Shown here piece by piece: positions 1-15,096 of a stretch of 64,000 bases of DNA (position 1 is the first letter of the stretch; the number at the start of each line of letters is the position of its first letter). This DNA is from Dicyema japonicum (Eukaryota > Animalia > Dicyemida): assembly GCA_011109175.1 (NCBI GenBank), contig RDEW01000052.1, forward strand, positions 253,346 through 317,345, in the 5' to 3' direction. Under the pieces are notes generated by a model. It worked only from the letters and a program-made list of their open reading frames with translations. It made no database searches and was not told the DNA's origin. Made by a program: the position numbers and the translations under genes.

Positions 1-1078
1 CACAGGGAAATATGACCAAATATAAGCACAGTATGGATCAATATAAAAATTTATCATCACGTCCGAAAAATAGTAATAGAGGACTTTTGAAGTGTGGGGA
101 GTTTGAAGAAACCTTAAATCATAAGAGAAAAAATGCCCGTTCGCAGATGCGAGAGAAAAATTACTGTTGTTGCAGATAGATTAACTGACGAATATCAATA
201 ATTTTTTAGAAAACAATAACATCTCACAGGACTCAGAACAACCAACAACATAGATATCCCAATCTGTTTTTTCGTTAGAGAGAACAAATCAAATGTCTCT
301 CTTCTATGACATTAGAAGCGACTATAACCTAATTTTGAAGATGAAAAAAATGATTAAAACAGATCGTTTCCCGTAGATCTATTAACGATCTGAGAAATAC
401 TTCAGAGACTTCAGATAGTCTATTAAGGTAAATATTACCAAGTGATTTATGTAAATGGTATTTGATTTTATATAAAATACGTTAATGAGTCATCCAAATA
501 AAGTAATGTTTCTAAATTAACCAATTCTGACATTGGAAAATATTTTTTTGTAAAATAATCATAACGTGCTATGTCGAAAAACGACTATCAATGATATCTG
601 CTTTCTCACAAGAAAATTAACATTATTGTTCAAGATTTTTCTTGGCTCCCTTATATCGCACTAAAAATCAAGAATGATTCTGCACTGTTTTTAGCATTCT
701 TACCCTTCTTGACGTGCGTACTATCCATTATTTCTGCTGAAGTCTGAGATATTAATGCGTAAAGTCTGAGAAATTAGTTGGTCTGACCCACTGAATGTAA
801 TTCTCGTATGTTTCGAAGGGTCATTCATGTCAGTGAGAGGACCACTATGCGATAACAGTACTTTCCCATCTAAAATCGAAAGGTTGGCTTATCAGTCATA
901 GAAGGTATTGGAACATTCCTGACATCTTCACGGTGATTTCGCACTTATATATAAATAATAGAACATTGCTGAGTACAAAAAATTATTTTTTTCATAAAAA
1001 AATATTATTAAAAATTATGTAATTCAAATAAAAAAATAAAAAAAATTTATAGGTCATACAATATAATCAACTTATTAA

Positions 1079-3830
1079 ATGGAAACGCCTTCATTATACG
1101 CGTTATGCATTAACAATATTCGAGCAAACTTTAATGAACAAAAATATACAAAATTAAACAACAAGTCTAAAAAAATGTTTTCTAAAAGAATACTTAATGA
1201 ACTGAAATATTTGATTTCACGACATGAGAAAGATTTATTTCTTCAACATTCGAATTTATATAGGATTCCTGATGTAGTTAAGAAAGACGTTTTTTACTTT
1301 GAATTGACTCGTGAAGATGTTGAAGTTAAGGACGTTGTTAAGATGATTCAAGTTTATCCAGATTTAACAAATATTACACTAAGAAGGATTGTTTCATCAG
1401 AAAAGAATCCTTTACTGCCATTTTTACAGAATGAGGTCAAATCATTTTCACTCTGGTTTTATGATGACCCAAATTTGCTACATCAACTATTCATGACTGG
1501 ATTTAAAAAATTGAAATATATGTCCCTCTTGTAGTAAATCGCACAACGACTATTTATAACAGAACACTAAATATAATAGAAAAACTGGAACGCATAAATT
1601 TTCACGACGTCATAATTTCAAATTTTAAAGAATTTATTAAAAACTTAAACAATCCAGAGTCTTTGAGGTTGATTTTATCTAAATTTAGACATTTCATACA
1701 TACAAGTGATGGAGAAATAAATGGATATGATTGTAATTTCATTTCTCTTTTCGAAAAAGCCAAGAATCTTACTTACGTGAATTTATCTGGATATTTAATT
1801 AAAAGAAAAATACTAAAAAAGTTAACAAAGTTATTGATTTGAATAATTCTAGCCAAATCAGAAAAATGGGATTTAAAAAATTTCACCATCGTAAATTTTA
1901 CATTTCAGTAAAAATATAAGCAATTCTGTATATTTTATAAAAATGCAGAATGACGAGCAATCAATTATAATAATTATGTTATTTCTGTTTTACATTTCGA
2001 TAATAAGACAAACTATTGAGAAACACCATTGATTACATTTGTTATTATGCAAATGAATGAAAATTTAATAAAACCATTTTTGAAAGTATTTTTGAAAATA
2101 GATATTTAGTTTGCATCTGTATGTAGATTATGATTTGATTTTCAAGATATCTTAATGTATTTTAATTTTTACTTGAGGGGAATTTTAAAGAAAATAAGCA
2201 ACAGCACTGATTCTTATGCTATTATTTGGTATGAGTATATTTCACCAATAGTTTTATTTTTGATATTTTTCTTGAGATTTTTTTGAATATATATAAAATA
2301 GAAGTATTACTGTGATATTTGATTTTTAGGCGTTTGATCTTTTCGACGATTTTAAACCATGGGAGATATCAATTTTTGTTTGTTAATTCTTATTTTAGCT
2401 TCCTGCACTTACACTTATGTTAATGAAACCTCATCACCATTATCAAATATTCTGTGATTTAAATCAATCGTAAAAAATATGAGTATGGATCTTCTAGCCT
2501 ATGTTGCTATTCAGAAGGACTTATCAAAGTTCATATAAAAAATAATTTTAGTTATGTGTTGAACATTTTAAAACAGAAGACTTTCATGATACTCTTAAAT
2601 TTGATTTGTTGAGCGTTCTTCTTGGTATTCTTAATATATTTGTTAGACGAAAATGAAAAGAATATGAATTTGTTTCGAGATTATAGTGGAATTTATTATA
2701 TTTATTATTTTTTTGAAAATTATTCTGCATCCGATCCTGATTACGATTATATATTAGTTCCCGTCATTAAAATTATCCATTATATAGCTAAATGCCCAAA
2801 TTCCAGATATTTGCTAAGAAGGTATGGTCTAATAAATTTTATATTGTAAATTTGTTGTTTTATGGAATATGGACATTGATCACGCTAACTGTTCTAGTGA
2901 TGTAGTCTATTCCATATTGAGTTGTATCTGCCAGATATTAACTGATCCAAATGATTTTTTACCTATTTTTATGAATTCTGATTTTAGCGATTTGAATCCA
3001 TGTGAACCCATTCTTAATAAATTTGCTCTTTTTATAAAATCTTACTTGGCGTGACGAACCTGATTACGATCTTAGGTTATTTCCTAATTTCTATATTAAG
3101 AACTATTACTTCTAAGATAAATTTATTAAACGTGAACACAGATGAACGAATTTGGCTATGGGCTATTTGGGAATGCGCTGAACTAGCAGGCAGATATGTT
3201 ATATTTTATTTTATAATAGATCCTGAGATTATGGACATATTTATTTCTAATAACATTTTATGAAAATTGATAATGTATGCTTACAATCCAATATGAAGGA
3301 GATTCATTACTTGCTCAGGTTTTCAAGAACTTACAATGTTGTTATTTTTATAATTTAGTTTACATAAATCGGCAGTAAAATCAATTCATATCGAGTGATC
3401 CGTTAATTAATGATATTAATAATAAATTAAATTAATTAAATTATTCCTTAAATCAGATTTAACTGAAACTAATTGGTTGCTTTAAGGCTCAACTAGAACC
3501 ATTATCCGAGTAGTGATCCAAGGATATTGTCCAAATACTGAAATCTATGCTTGAACTTTTCGCCAGTGAGCAATCGTCTCTTAGTATGGATCTCTTTGAA
3601 TTCCGGTAATGGGTATACCTTCTCTTTGTAAGTTGGAACCAATTAAATAGTTAGATGGGAATTGAATTACTGACGAGCTTCTACTGCTTATAAAATTAAT
3701 TGGAAAGTTAGTTATTTTCTAAAAGCACTTAGAAAAAGCTTAACCACGACTTTTAAACAAATTATCGAGACACGTTCTGAGCCTATCCTCTCTATCGCCT
3801 TGAGCGTTTCTTTAATATGTCAACCTATGT
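1079..3830 (+). CDS. Probable multi-exon (or degenerate) LRR + ARM-like protein, possibly ZYG11/ZER1-like
   Basis: N-terminus METPSLYALCINNI. LRR-like spacing (LTNITL, LERINF, LTYVNLSG) continues past the stop at 1532 if a 32-nt GT-AG intron (1531-1562) is removed. Downstream ORF pieces are helical (ERIWLWAIWECAELA). Exon structure not fully reconstructed and 3' end approximate. Confidence 0.35.
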
Positions 3831-3839
3831 TAACTATAA

Positions 3840-4810
3840 ATGACTTTCTTGAAGACAGAATAGGGGTCATATCGACTTGGTGGCGAATGAGGTCAGGAGC
3901 TTTGTAGAAGCAGTTAGGTACTGTGCGAAATTGTCAAGGGGCAAAAGAGCAGACTTTGATCAACAAATGCTTTTCTGTATCTCACGGAAACTCACATTTG
4001 TGGATGTGAAGAAGTCTTACGATTAAGTTGATCATTCTTAACTTGTCGAGTGCCTACACAGTCTGTGTATGCCTGTGTGGTTCATCAGCTTTGTAATGGC
4101 GATGATGAATAGGTGGAGTATTTATCTGAACTATAATAGGCACCGGATAGGCGAGGTAAAACTCAAGAGGGGGATCCTTCAGGGATAGCATGTCTCCACT
4201 ACTCTTTGTTCTCTGTTTGGAGCCATTGAGTCGCCGCCTCAATGACCGGTTTAGCAATACCAGTTCATTGTGAAGAATTTTTGTTTAAATACAAATCACC
4301 TTCTTTTTATCGATGATCTGAAGATGTATGCTCTAACAGCCGAGGAGCTCTACTCCATGGGAGTCTGTTCCAGTGAATTCTTTGAGAGTAGAGGACTAGA
4401 TTTGAATTATTCAAATTCTGAGACTAACACGCAAGTATATAGCGAGTTAGTAAGAGTCCTAGAGGAACACGAAGGATCTAAATATCGGGTGTTACCGATA
4501 CCCCAAAGTCCCTTATAAATCCTGAGACAAAGCAACAAATTACTGAAAGCGTTCGTATAAAAGCAGCGTTGTTATGTATGACGTCTCTAATTTCAAGGAA
4601 TTTGTTCCTAACATTAATGAGAATGTGGAGGCAGAGCGCGGAGATGACATATGGGCAGAGGGTTTTATTGGACAAGGCGCTCTCAGAGTTGTTTCAGCAA
4701 CTAGAATCGAACCTGCCTGAGGGGGCTTGCGAACAGGCAGGCGCAGAAGGTTATTGATTATTAGATATTAACTTTTTATTGTTGGTTAAAATAAAGTGGG
4801 TTTTTGTTTT
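3840..4810 (+). mobile_element. R4-like (RLE) non-LTR retrotransposon, internally deleted copy
   Basis: High nucleotide similarity to the reverse complement of 12155-14327. RT motifs GILQG.SMSPLLF and LLFIDDLK. Sequence jumps from the RT directly to the 3' end at about 4620. Confidence 0.85.
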
Positions 4811-5157
4811 AAAAAATACATAAATATTATGTCACGTGGTCGAGGCTAATAAAATTACAAAATTTTCTATAGCAGAATCAACTTAAATATACCAAATAAG
4901 TTTAACTTTGATATTAAAAATTCTGTGAGTGCAAAAATTGAGATCCAAATTAAAAAATTAACCACCAAATGTCACAAAGTAATAGTATCTTCGTGCTAAA
5001 AATAAATTTTATTTTGGTTAAAAAATATAAAATAGTTAAAATCTAATTATTTAAATAACTACTAAAATAACAAAAGCGTAACTTTAACCAAAAATATTAA
5101 ATTTAAGCATTGTTCTTTTAACGAAAATATTAAATTTAAGCCATATACATGAAACTT

Positions 5158-5662
5158 TAACTCTAAACAATAACCCTAAACATTTACCATAAACACTGAC
5201 CCTAATTAAAAACCCTAACATTAACCCCAACCAAAAACCCTAAACACTGACCCTAACTAAAAACCCTAAACATTAACCCCAACCAAAAACCCTAAAAACT
5301 GACCCTAACTAAAAACCCTAAACATAAACCCTAACCAAAAACCCTAAACACTGACCCTAACTAAAAACCCTAAACATTAACCCCAACCAAAAACCCTAAA
5401 CACTGACCCTAACTAAAAACCCTAAACATTAACCCTAACCAAAAACCCTAAACACGACCCTAACTAAAAACCCTAAACATTCAACCCTAACCAAAAACCC
5501 TAAACACTGACCCTAACTAAAAACCCTAAACATTAACCCCAACCAAAAACCCTAAACATTAACCCTAACCAAAAACCCTAAACACTGACCCTAGCTAAAA
5601 ACAATAAACATTAACCCTAACCAAAAACCCTAAACAATGACCCTAGGCTCAAAACCCTCAAA
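5158..5662. repeat. Telomere-like satellite of alternating 26-bp units (52-bp higher-order repeat)
   Basis: Units AAAAACCCTAAACACTGACCCTAACT and AAAAACCCTAAACATTAACCC(C/T)AACC alternate, with a CCCTAA-type core about every 13 bp. Confidence 0.9.
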
Positions 5663-5759
5663 AGTGTAAATTATTAAACATAATGATTAATTAAATTATT
5701 TTAGCGTTTTTGATCACTTTAACTGAGAATATTTCATTTCTTTGTTGTTGAGAAAACAC

Positions 5760-6016
5760 TTATCTCCCTCAATTTTGATTACGTTATAGATGGTACAGTC
5801 AACTCATCGTACAATGGCACTCACCTTCTTTTTTCAATCATCTTTTGTGCTGCTACTTTGGTATATATTCGTGCCTCATCCCTTGCTTCATCCACTTCAT
5901 AAGACAGAAAATTCGACAAATCCTCCGGAATTGCTTCCTGTGGATACTTACATCCCATAAATATGAAAAATGGCATTTGTTTAGTTGTCTCGTGTATCGA
6001 ATTGTTGTAATCAAAA
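5760..6016 (-). mobile_element. LTR-retrotransposon (Gypsy-like) integrase C-terminal remnant
   Basis: FDYNNSIHETTKQMPFFIFMG resembles the integrase YNxxxHxxTxxTPFxxxxG motif. Truncated at the n at 6017. Confidence 0.5.
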
Positions 6017-6017
6017 N

Positions 6018-6690
6018 GCTCTGCCACGACTATGTGTGGAGGCATAACGAGGTAGTAAGGAGTCTTCATCTTCTACTATGCAATAAGTATGGTATTCGCC
6101 ACACTAGAGAGTTGCGGACTCATAAGGTGCAATCTGTAGTAGAGAACACCAGGGTCCAAATTAAGGTAAACAGTGTTATCCGTACCTCGGTGCTAGTCAA
6201 GCACAATAAACAAGACATTGTGGTATACGATAAGGAGTCTGGCCAAGTCCTTATCATAGAATTTGGCATCACGTCTCAAGACCGTTTGCAGACTGTGGAG
6301 GTTGAGAAAAAAAGGAAGTATGACTTTCTTGCAAACGAGATGGGGCAGATGCTTGGTTGCAAGGTCCTCGTTATTCCTATAGTAATGACGTGGGAAGGAA
6401 TTGCAACAAAGTACCACAAGGGTTATCTGAAGCAGTTGGGGGTAGATAGGAAGTTCCAGGCCTATCTACAGTCCACTGTGTTAAAGCGGACCCTAGAGAC
6501 CTTGACACTGGAGTATAGGAGGCAGAGCCCTGAGATGCCATATGGGCAGAGGGTTCATTTTGACAATGCGCTCTCGGAGTTGTTTCAGCAACCAGAATCG
6601 AACCTGCCTGAGGAGGCTGGCGAACAGGCAGGCGAGGAAGGTTGTTGATTAATAAATATATTAACTTTTTTATTGTTTGTTAAATAAAGA
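6018..6690 (+). mobile_element. R4-like retrotransposon 3' end (RLE endonuclease domain and 3' UTR)
   Basis: RHNEVV...K(Q)DIVV...IIEFG...EKKRKY motifs. Near-identical to the reverse complement of 12165-12830. Confidence 0.9.
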
Positions 6691-6699
6691 TTAAATCCT

Positions 6700-7250
6700 T
6701 ATACCGTAAGCATGGAAATTTTTTATTAAACAATAGAAGGCATTGAGATATGAGTGGTGTCATGTTTTTCTTCTCTACTACGGCGACGTTGATGAAAATC
6801 TTGGACCAGATCTTACCATAGTTCAAATTAACATTAATGGAATTTGGATGCTTTATTGAACAACACTTTCTCGGTTTCCTTCAATGCGATCAACTCCGAT
6901 CTCGCAAAAATTCATTTCATCGTCCTTTGCGTCCTATTGATTCTGTAACACGAGTCTTAATTCAAACGAGAAATAATCAAAAGAACTTCCACAGACAGTC
7001 AGTGAACATCGGTGAAAGGATATCAACTAACACAACTAAAAACCCTTACAGACCCTAAGGAAAATACCTCTTCCATTGCATCTCATTTCACCCTTTTTAT
7101 TGAAGATAGGAGGTACAAGGGTGAACCTTAGTTATATTTGAATTCCCTTTACGAAATGCCAATATATCTTTGGTGTCACCTTTGATGCGTTAATGAAGTT
7201 CACTCGTCATACTGATAAAGTCATGGCTAGAAGACTTTGAAAGTGAAATA
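6700..7250 (+). mobile_element. Degenerate APE-type LINE fragments
   Basis: GVTFDALMKFTRHTDKV at about 7170-7220 resembles the RT thumb motif LGVxxDxxLxFxxH. Many stops and frameshifts. Confidence 0.45.
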
Positions 7251-7252
7251 TT

Positions 7253-9787
7253 TTAAAGGCTATTGTACAGAAGAACCCCCTCCCTTTTGTGACTTGCATC
7301 AGCAGATTTTACCATCACATAATTGCTCCAACCATCGAATATTTTTGTCCCGTTTAGAGATTTGCCCTTTCCTCTTAGAAAATTGAACACAACACTCAAT
7401 CCAGCGGAAAAAGGATTGGTTACTACTCTCCTTTCAGAGGAGTCGACCAGAAACAATGGCCGAGGTTTTTTTGTATTTTTGTAAGGAACATTACAAAAAT
7501 AGTATATTGAAATATGCATTTATCGTGTAGGCACCTCGTAGGTCCATCCATCTCCTGCACAAATACAGAGAAGGTCGCACTATCAAGAAAATGGCATAAT
7601 GGTGGAACAGTGGTTAAAAAATCCTTATTCATCTAAACAGAACAGTGTTTTCATTTCATCGCAACCTTGTAGTTCTCAACCTATCTTGGACTTTTATGGT
7701 TTTAAGGTAGGTCTCCTTGGGCAGTTGGATCACAGTTTAAGAATGTCAAAAATAAAAAGAAATCCGTAGACCAGGTAGAGGTGACAGTAATAGTTACTGT
7801 GATACTTGGTACTCAAAATCAACGATTTATTTTTATTGATCTTAAAAAACAGTCTTAAGAATTGGAGATGGTTAATTTGTTGTTCAATAAAAGCTTATTA
7901 TTAGCACTTTCACTAGAGCCATATATATGTGCAGCAGAAAACACAAGAGAAAGAGTTAGCTTATTCCAGGCTTTTCTGTTCTTAGTCAGATCCCTCAGTG
8001 TGTCCAAGTCATCAGCAGATGCTAGTGCTTTCTTTGTGCATTTGTAAAACGACGGAGGGTACTTCTCTGCATATCGGGGGTTAAATTAAATAATCATACT
8101 CATAAATTTTGCCGATAAAAAGGTGATCTTAGACAAGAATACTCAACTGGTACTTTATACTGACACCTTTCCATAGACTTCTCTGTCATTTCCTTGAACA
8201 ATCCAAAATGATTATCTGAAGGGGGTCAATATTATGCTTAAGTTATGTCAATCATCAGCAAATCAATATTGGGAACAAAAGCAATCATNTCATACTCATA
8301 AATTTTGGCGATAAAAAGGTGATCTTAGACAAGAATACTCAACTGGTACTTTATGCTGACACCTTTCCATAGATTTCTCTGTCATTTCCTTGAACAATCC
8401 AAATTGATTATCTGAAGGGAATCAATATTATGCATAAGTTATGTCAATCATCAGCAAACAAATATTGGGAACAAAAGCAATCATAGGGAACCAGAGAGAC
8501 TAGATGGGGACTAATATATGACACCAAATGTCTCTTCTCTGTTTATTAACCCATTTTACGAAACAATAATTATTTATTGTAGCAACTTTCCGATAGTTAT
8601 CATACGATTTTCATTCCTGGATGGTATTTTGGATCCAATCCGACAATTTAATGGCATATCTTCTAGATCCACCCTCAGCGAACTTGTTTTTTCTTTTCTT
8701 TCATACCATTACTGTAAGCCACAGACCAAGAACATGCTAACTATATATGTAGAGGATCTTGCCAGAATTCACATGCGTATAAGCGATTTTATTTATCACG
8801 TACCCTTCTTCTATTATTGATATGATCTCTGAAAAATCCCATCTGATCCTCAAATTACAAGGCAATATAGGTGTTCACAGAACATGATTTGGTCCATATT
8901 TAGTTTTCTTCACGTTCTTGGATATCCAAGAAACATAACATTTTTCACGAAATAAGGATAGTTTTGGTTACCACAATTTTAGCAATATGATTTATGCCTT
9001 TTCCAGGAAATTAGTCTACATATTTGTAAATCAATAAAATAATGTCGTTAGCACAAATAATCATTATTAGAGTGCTTTACACACTTAAATTAAAGTGGGA
9101 GCAAAATGACTGTTGTAACTCAACATAATTTTGATTTCTAACGACTCTTAAAAGGAAAATCTTTCATAAACTTATTCCAATATTAGCCATCGAAGGAAGC
9201 CTTAATGACTAACAAAATATACAAACTAAATATACCCTTCACAAAACTGACCTCAATAGTAGATAACAATAGTCCCTTTGCAAATTATAATCCCACAGCC
9301 TTAATGACTAACAAAATATACAAACTAAATATATCCTTCACAAAACTGACCTCAATAGTAGATAACAATAGTCTCTTTGCAAATTATAATCCCACACAAG
9401 ACATCCATATCTTCCAAACTAATTCAACCTTAGTTCTTTATCCGCAAATGTCACCAAGAATATATTCATAATAAAACTTCAACAACTCTAGGGAGTTTCA
9501 GTTATGAAATATTAGATCTGTTTGACCAATAAGTCGAATTGTGGATAAAAGTAATATCATCAAAATCCTCTTATTATAGAACCTTAAGGTTTTATACGCC
9601 CGACAGCTGATTGCTATACAGCAATAGATCCTTAACATGATATTATGAAGCCACATCAGCAGATCACGAGGTAATGATAAGATAATTGTGCCTATAGTGA
9701 AGATAAGAATAGACACTGCAGGAATATAATATTTTGGAGAAAAACCAATACAAATCAAATATGCACTTTGTGAAACAGTAACCACAT
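7253..9787 (-). CDS. Possible multi-exon extracellular protein with CUB-like motifs (structure unresolved)
   Basis: Minus-strand peptides NPRYAEKYPPSFYKCT, CSWSV...SLRVDLEDMPLNC, VFVQEMDGPT and KIFDGW resemble CUB-domain motifs. Interrupted by tiny-intron-like segments and two local duplications. Confidence 0.3.
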
Positions 9788-9828
9788 ATCATAATTTATT
9801 TAAACCGCATTGTAAAATTAATTTCAAT

Positions 9829-11280
<1,452 letters not shown>

Positions 11281-12154
11281 TTACATTCATAATCGCACAA
11301 CGTTGTTAATNGACCTGGACGAATTAAGATCACTCGCATTCTACAAAGGAAAATGGAAAAGACTAACTATAAATATTGTTTCTTTGAGTGTTGCACATGG
11401 GCTATAAACATTATGGCTTTCGTGGAAGTGCCATAATAATAATATGGCATTTATTGTTCTTGTTCGTTAGTAGATATAAGATCAAAATCACAGAAAGCAC
11501 ATATTTTTGCCAAGAAATATTCTGTTTTCATACTCAACTTTATGGGAAACTATGTAATTCAAAAATTTCTATTTTAATAGACTGTTTTACAAAAATTTTC
11601 TGTTAACACACATCGTAAAACCGTAAAGAATTTAAAGTGAAAGACTATTTTATATTTTTGGACAACATGTGTTTGATTATGTAATTCAAAAATTTCTATT
11701 TTAATCGACTGTGTTACAAAAATTTTCTGTTAACACACATCGTAAAACCGTAAAGAATTTAAAGTGAAAGACTATTTTATATTTTTGGACAACATGTGTT
11801 TGATTAAAGATGAAAACACATTATGGAAATGTTAAAGAATTAATATTGGGATAAAGGAATCAGTTGTAAAAAACAAATGAAGAAAAGAATTATTTTTCTA
11901 TAATTTGACAACTAACTAACTTGGTTTTCATAAAATGGGGTAGTTGGCTAACCAAAACAAAATATTAATCCTTGAATCTTTCTGAAATAGTTATATTTGT
12001 TTCAGAGTCTAGCGCGACGAAATATTGTAAACGGAAAATCTTAGATTTCAGTCTCTGTTGAAAGAGTTATTTCGCTAATATCTAAGATTCTCAAAAATAT
12101 CGAATTTTTTAAACATATAATATTTATGACTCTTTGATTTCATTCTATAATAAA

Positions 12155-14327
12155 ACACCCCACTTTATTTAACAAACAATAAAAAAGTTAATATATTTAA
12201 TCAACAACCTTCCTCGCCTGCCTGTTCGCCAGCCTTCTCCGGCAGGTTCGATTCTGGTTGCTGAAACAACTCCGAGAGCGCCTTGTCTAATTGAACCCTC
12301 TCCCCATATGACATCTCAGGGCTCTGCCTCCTATACTCCAGTGTCAGGCTCTCTAGGGTCTGCTTTAACACAGTGGACTGTAGATAGGCCTGGAGCTTCC
12401 TATCTACCCCCAACTGCTTCAGATAACTTTTGTGGTACTTTGTTGCAATTCCTTCCCACGTCATTACTATAGGTAACGAGGACCTTGCAACCAAGCATCT
12501 GCCCCATCTCGTTTGCAAGAAAGTCATATTTCCTTTTTTTCTCCACCTCCACATTCTGCAAACGGTCTTGAGACGTGATGCCAACCTTTATGATAAGGAC
12601 TTGGCCAGACTTCTTATCGTGTACCACAATGTCCGGTTTATTGTGCTTGACTAGCACCGAGGTACGAATAACACTGTCTACCTTAATTTGGACCCTGGTG
12701 TTCTCTACTAAAGATTGCACCTTATGAGTCCGCAACTTTCTGGTGTGGCGAATACCATACTTATTGCATAGTAGAAGATGAAGACTCCTTACTACCTCGT
12801 TGTGCCTCCACACATAGTCGTGGCAGAGCATGGATTCACATCGAGTGGCTAAATGATCAACCGACATGCTCCTTGACTTACAGTGGGGACATGTATTTGT
12901 TGATCGACCCCAAAAATATTGCGGTCTTGCATATACGTGTACAACGCCTCCGATCGAGGTGAGTTGTCACCGTATTTTAGCCATATTGTCGACGACTTAA
13001 GGTCGACATGTGGGTTGTCCAATGCTCTGAAGAGGACCTTATGAAAGCTTTTTAAGTTGATCTTTTCCATCAAATTATTATATTGTAATTCGATCAACCA
13101 ACGCCTCCGATCGAGGTGAGTTGTCACCGTATTTTAGCCATATTGTCGACGACTTAAGGTCGACATGTGGGTTGTCCAATGCTCTGAAGAGGACCTTATG
13201 AAAGCTTTTTAAGTTGATCTTTTCCATCAAATTATTATATTGTAATTTGATCAACGTCTTCACATTTACTATCCCACCATCACCAACACCATACTTAGCA
13301 GACAAAAAAGGTCTGATAGTGCCTAGGTGGGTTGCCCGTGTTTTCTCGGTCGTTATTATGGCGTGCTTCCTAGCAGACACACTTGACCCAGCTATCAGGG
13401 TGTCGTGCATTCGCATTAGGATACGCTCACTTAGTTGGACTACTCCACACAGTCCACGGCCGAATTTATCACGGGGTAAATATAGTCTCTCCTTATTGGC
13501 TGCCAGCACATGGAAATGGTTTTCTCTGAGTACTCCACGGATCATAACATCCATTTCATCATACTCTTTGGGCTCAAACTCCACAACACCTATGTAGTAG
13601 TTTAGCAGCGAGACAGCATACTCATTTAATGTTAAGAACAAATTCCTTGCATTTAGAGACGTTTTACACAATAACGCTGCTCTTTTACGGATGCCTTCAG
13701 TAATTTGTCGCTTTGTCTCAGGCATTATAAGGGACTTTGGAGATTAGGTAACACCCAGATACTTATATCCTTCGTGTTCCTCTAGGACTCTTACTAACTC
13801 GCTACATACTTGCGTGTTAGTCGCAGACTTTGAATAATTCAAATCTAGCCCTATACTCTCAAAGAATTCCCTGGCACAGACCCCCATGGAGTAGAGCTCC
13901 TCGGCTATTCGAGCATACATCTTCAGGTTATCGATAAAAAGAAGGTGATTTGTACTGAAACAGACCCCTTCACAATGAACTGCTATTTGCTCAAACCGGT
14001 CATTGAGGCGGCGACTCAATGGCTCCAAACAGAGAACAAAGAGTAGCGGAGACATGCTATCCCCCTGAAGGATCCCCCTCTTGAGTTTTACCTCGCCTAT
14101 CCGGTGCCTATTATAGTTCAGATGAATACTCCACTTATTCATCACAGCCACTACAAAGCTGATGAACCACACAGGCATACACAGACTGTGTAGGCACTCG
14201 ACAAGGTAAGAATGATCAACTGAATCGTAAGCCTTCTTCACATCCACCCACATGGACAAAAGTGAGTTTCCGTGAGACACAGAAAGGCATTTGTTGATCA
14301 AAGCCTGCTCTTTTGCCCCCTGACAAT
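12155..14327 (-). mobile_element. R4-like (RLE) non-LTR retrotransposon; 5' part lost in gap
   Basis: RT motifs VDVKKAYDSV, GILQGDSMSPLLF, LFIDNLK (DD>DN) and YKYLG. Zinc-knuckle VDHLATRC and RLE motifs RHNEVV/KPDIVV. Inactivated by stops, frameshifts and an internal 157-bp duplication. Confidence 0.93.
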
Positions 14328-14938
14328 NNNNNNNNNNNNNNNNNNNNNNNNNNNNNNNNNNNNNNNNNNNNNNNNNNNNNNNNNNNNNNNNNNNNNNNNN
14401 NNNNNNNNNNNNNNNNNNNNNNNNNNNNNNNNNNNNNNNNNNNNNNNNNNNNNNNNNNNNNNNNNNNNNNNNNNNNNNNNNNNNNNNNNNNNNNNNNNNN
14501 NNNNNNNNNNNNNNNNNNNNNNNNNNNNNNNNNNNNNNNNNNNNNNNNNNNNNNNNNNNNNNNNNNNNNNNNNNNNNNNNNNNNNNNNNNNNNNNNNNNN
14601 NNNNNNNNNNNNNNNNNNNNNNNNNNNNNNNNNNNNNNNNNNNNNNNNNNNNNNNNNNNNNNNNNNNNNNNNNNNNNNNNNNNNNNNNNNNNNNNNNNNN
14701 NNNNNNNNNNNNNNNNNNNNNNNNNNNNNNNNNNNNNNNNNNNNNNNNNNNNNNNNNNNNNNNNNNNNNNNNNNNNNNNNNNNNNNNNNNNNNNNNNNNN
14801 NNNNNNNNNNNNNNNNNNNNNNNNNNNNNNNNNNNNNNNNNNNNNNNNNNNNNNNNNNNNNNNNNNNNNNNNNNNNNNNNNNNNNNNNNNNNNNNNNNNN
14901 NNNNNNNNNNNNNNNNNNNNNNNNNNNNNNNNNNNNNN
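14328..14938. other. Assembly gap
   Basis: Run of N. Confidence 1.
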
Positions 14939-15096
14939 AAAAAAATGCTACATTAATTATTTTAAATTGCTATTTTACAGTTGCTTAATTATCTGTCACC
15001 CGAACAAATGGATCTAAATTTTAAGTAAATTTATATTTATGTATGAAATATAACATAAGCACTAATAGAATTAGTCAACAGAATTTTATTATAATA

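Noticed and set aside
1-940. GC-richer patches here and at 36850-37600 and 61630-61830
   Set aside because: Probably old TE debris, but no motif is clear enough to assign.
5158-5662. CRISPR array
   Set aside because: No unique spacers; eukaryotic context; simple satellite.
8092-8485. Tandem duplications at 8289, 59427 and 60866
   Set aside because: Each junction is a single n, typical of unmerged contig overlaps.
13214-13597. Antisense ORFs over TEs and genes (also 10955-11260, 36378-36710, 57365-57649)
   Set aside because: Shadow ORFs opposite real coding sequence, with no motifs.
14272-15017. Long ORFs across the first N gap
   Set aside because: Artefacts of N runs.
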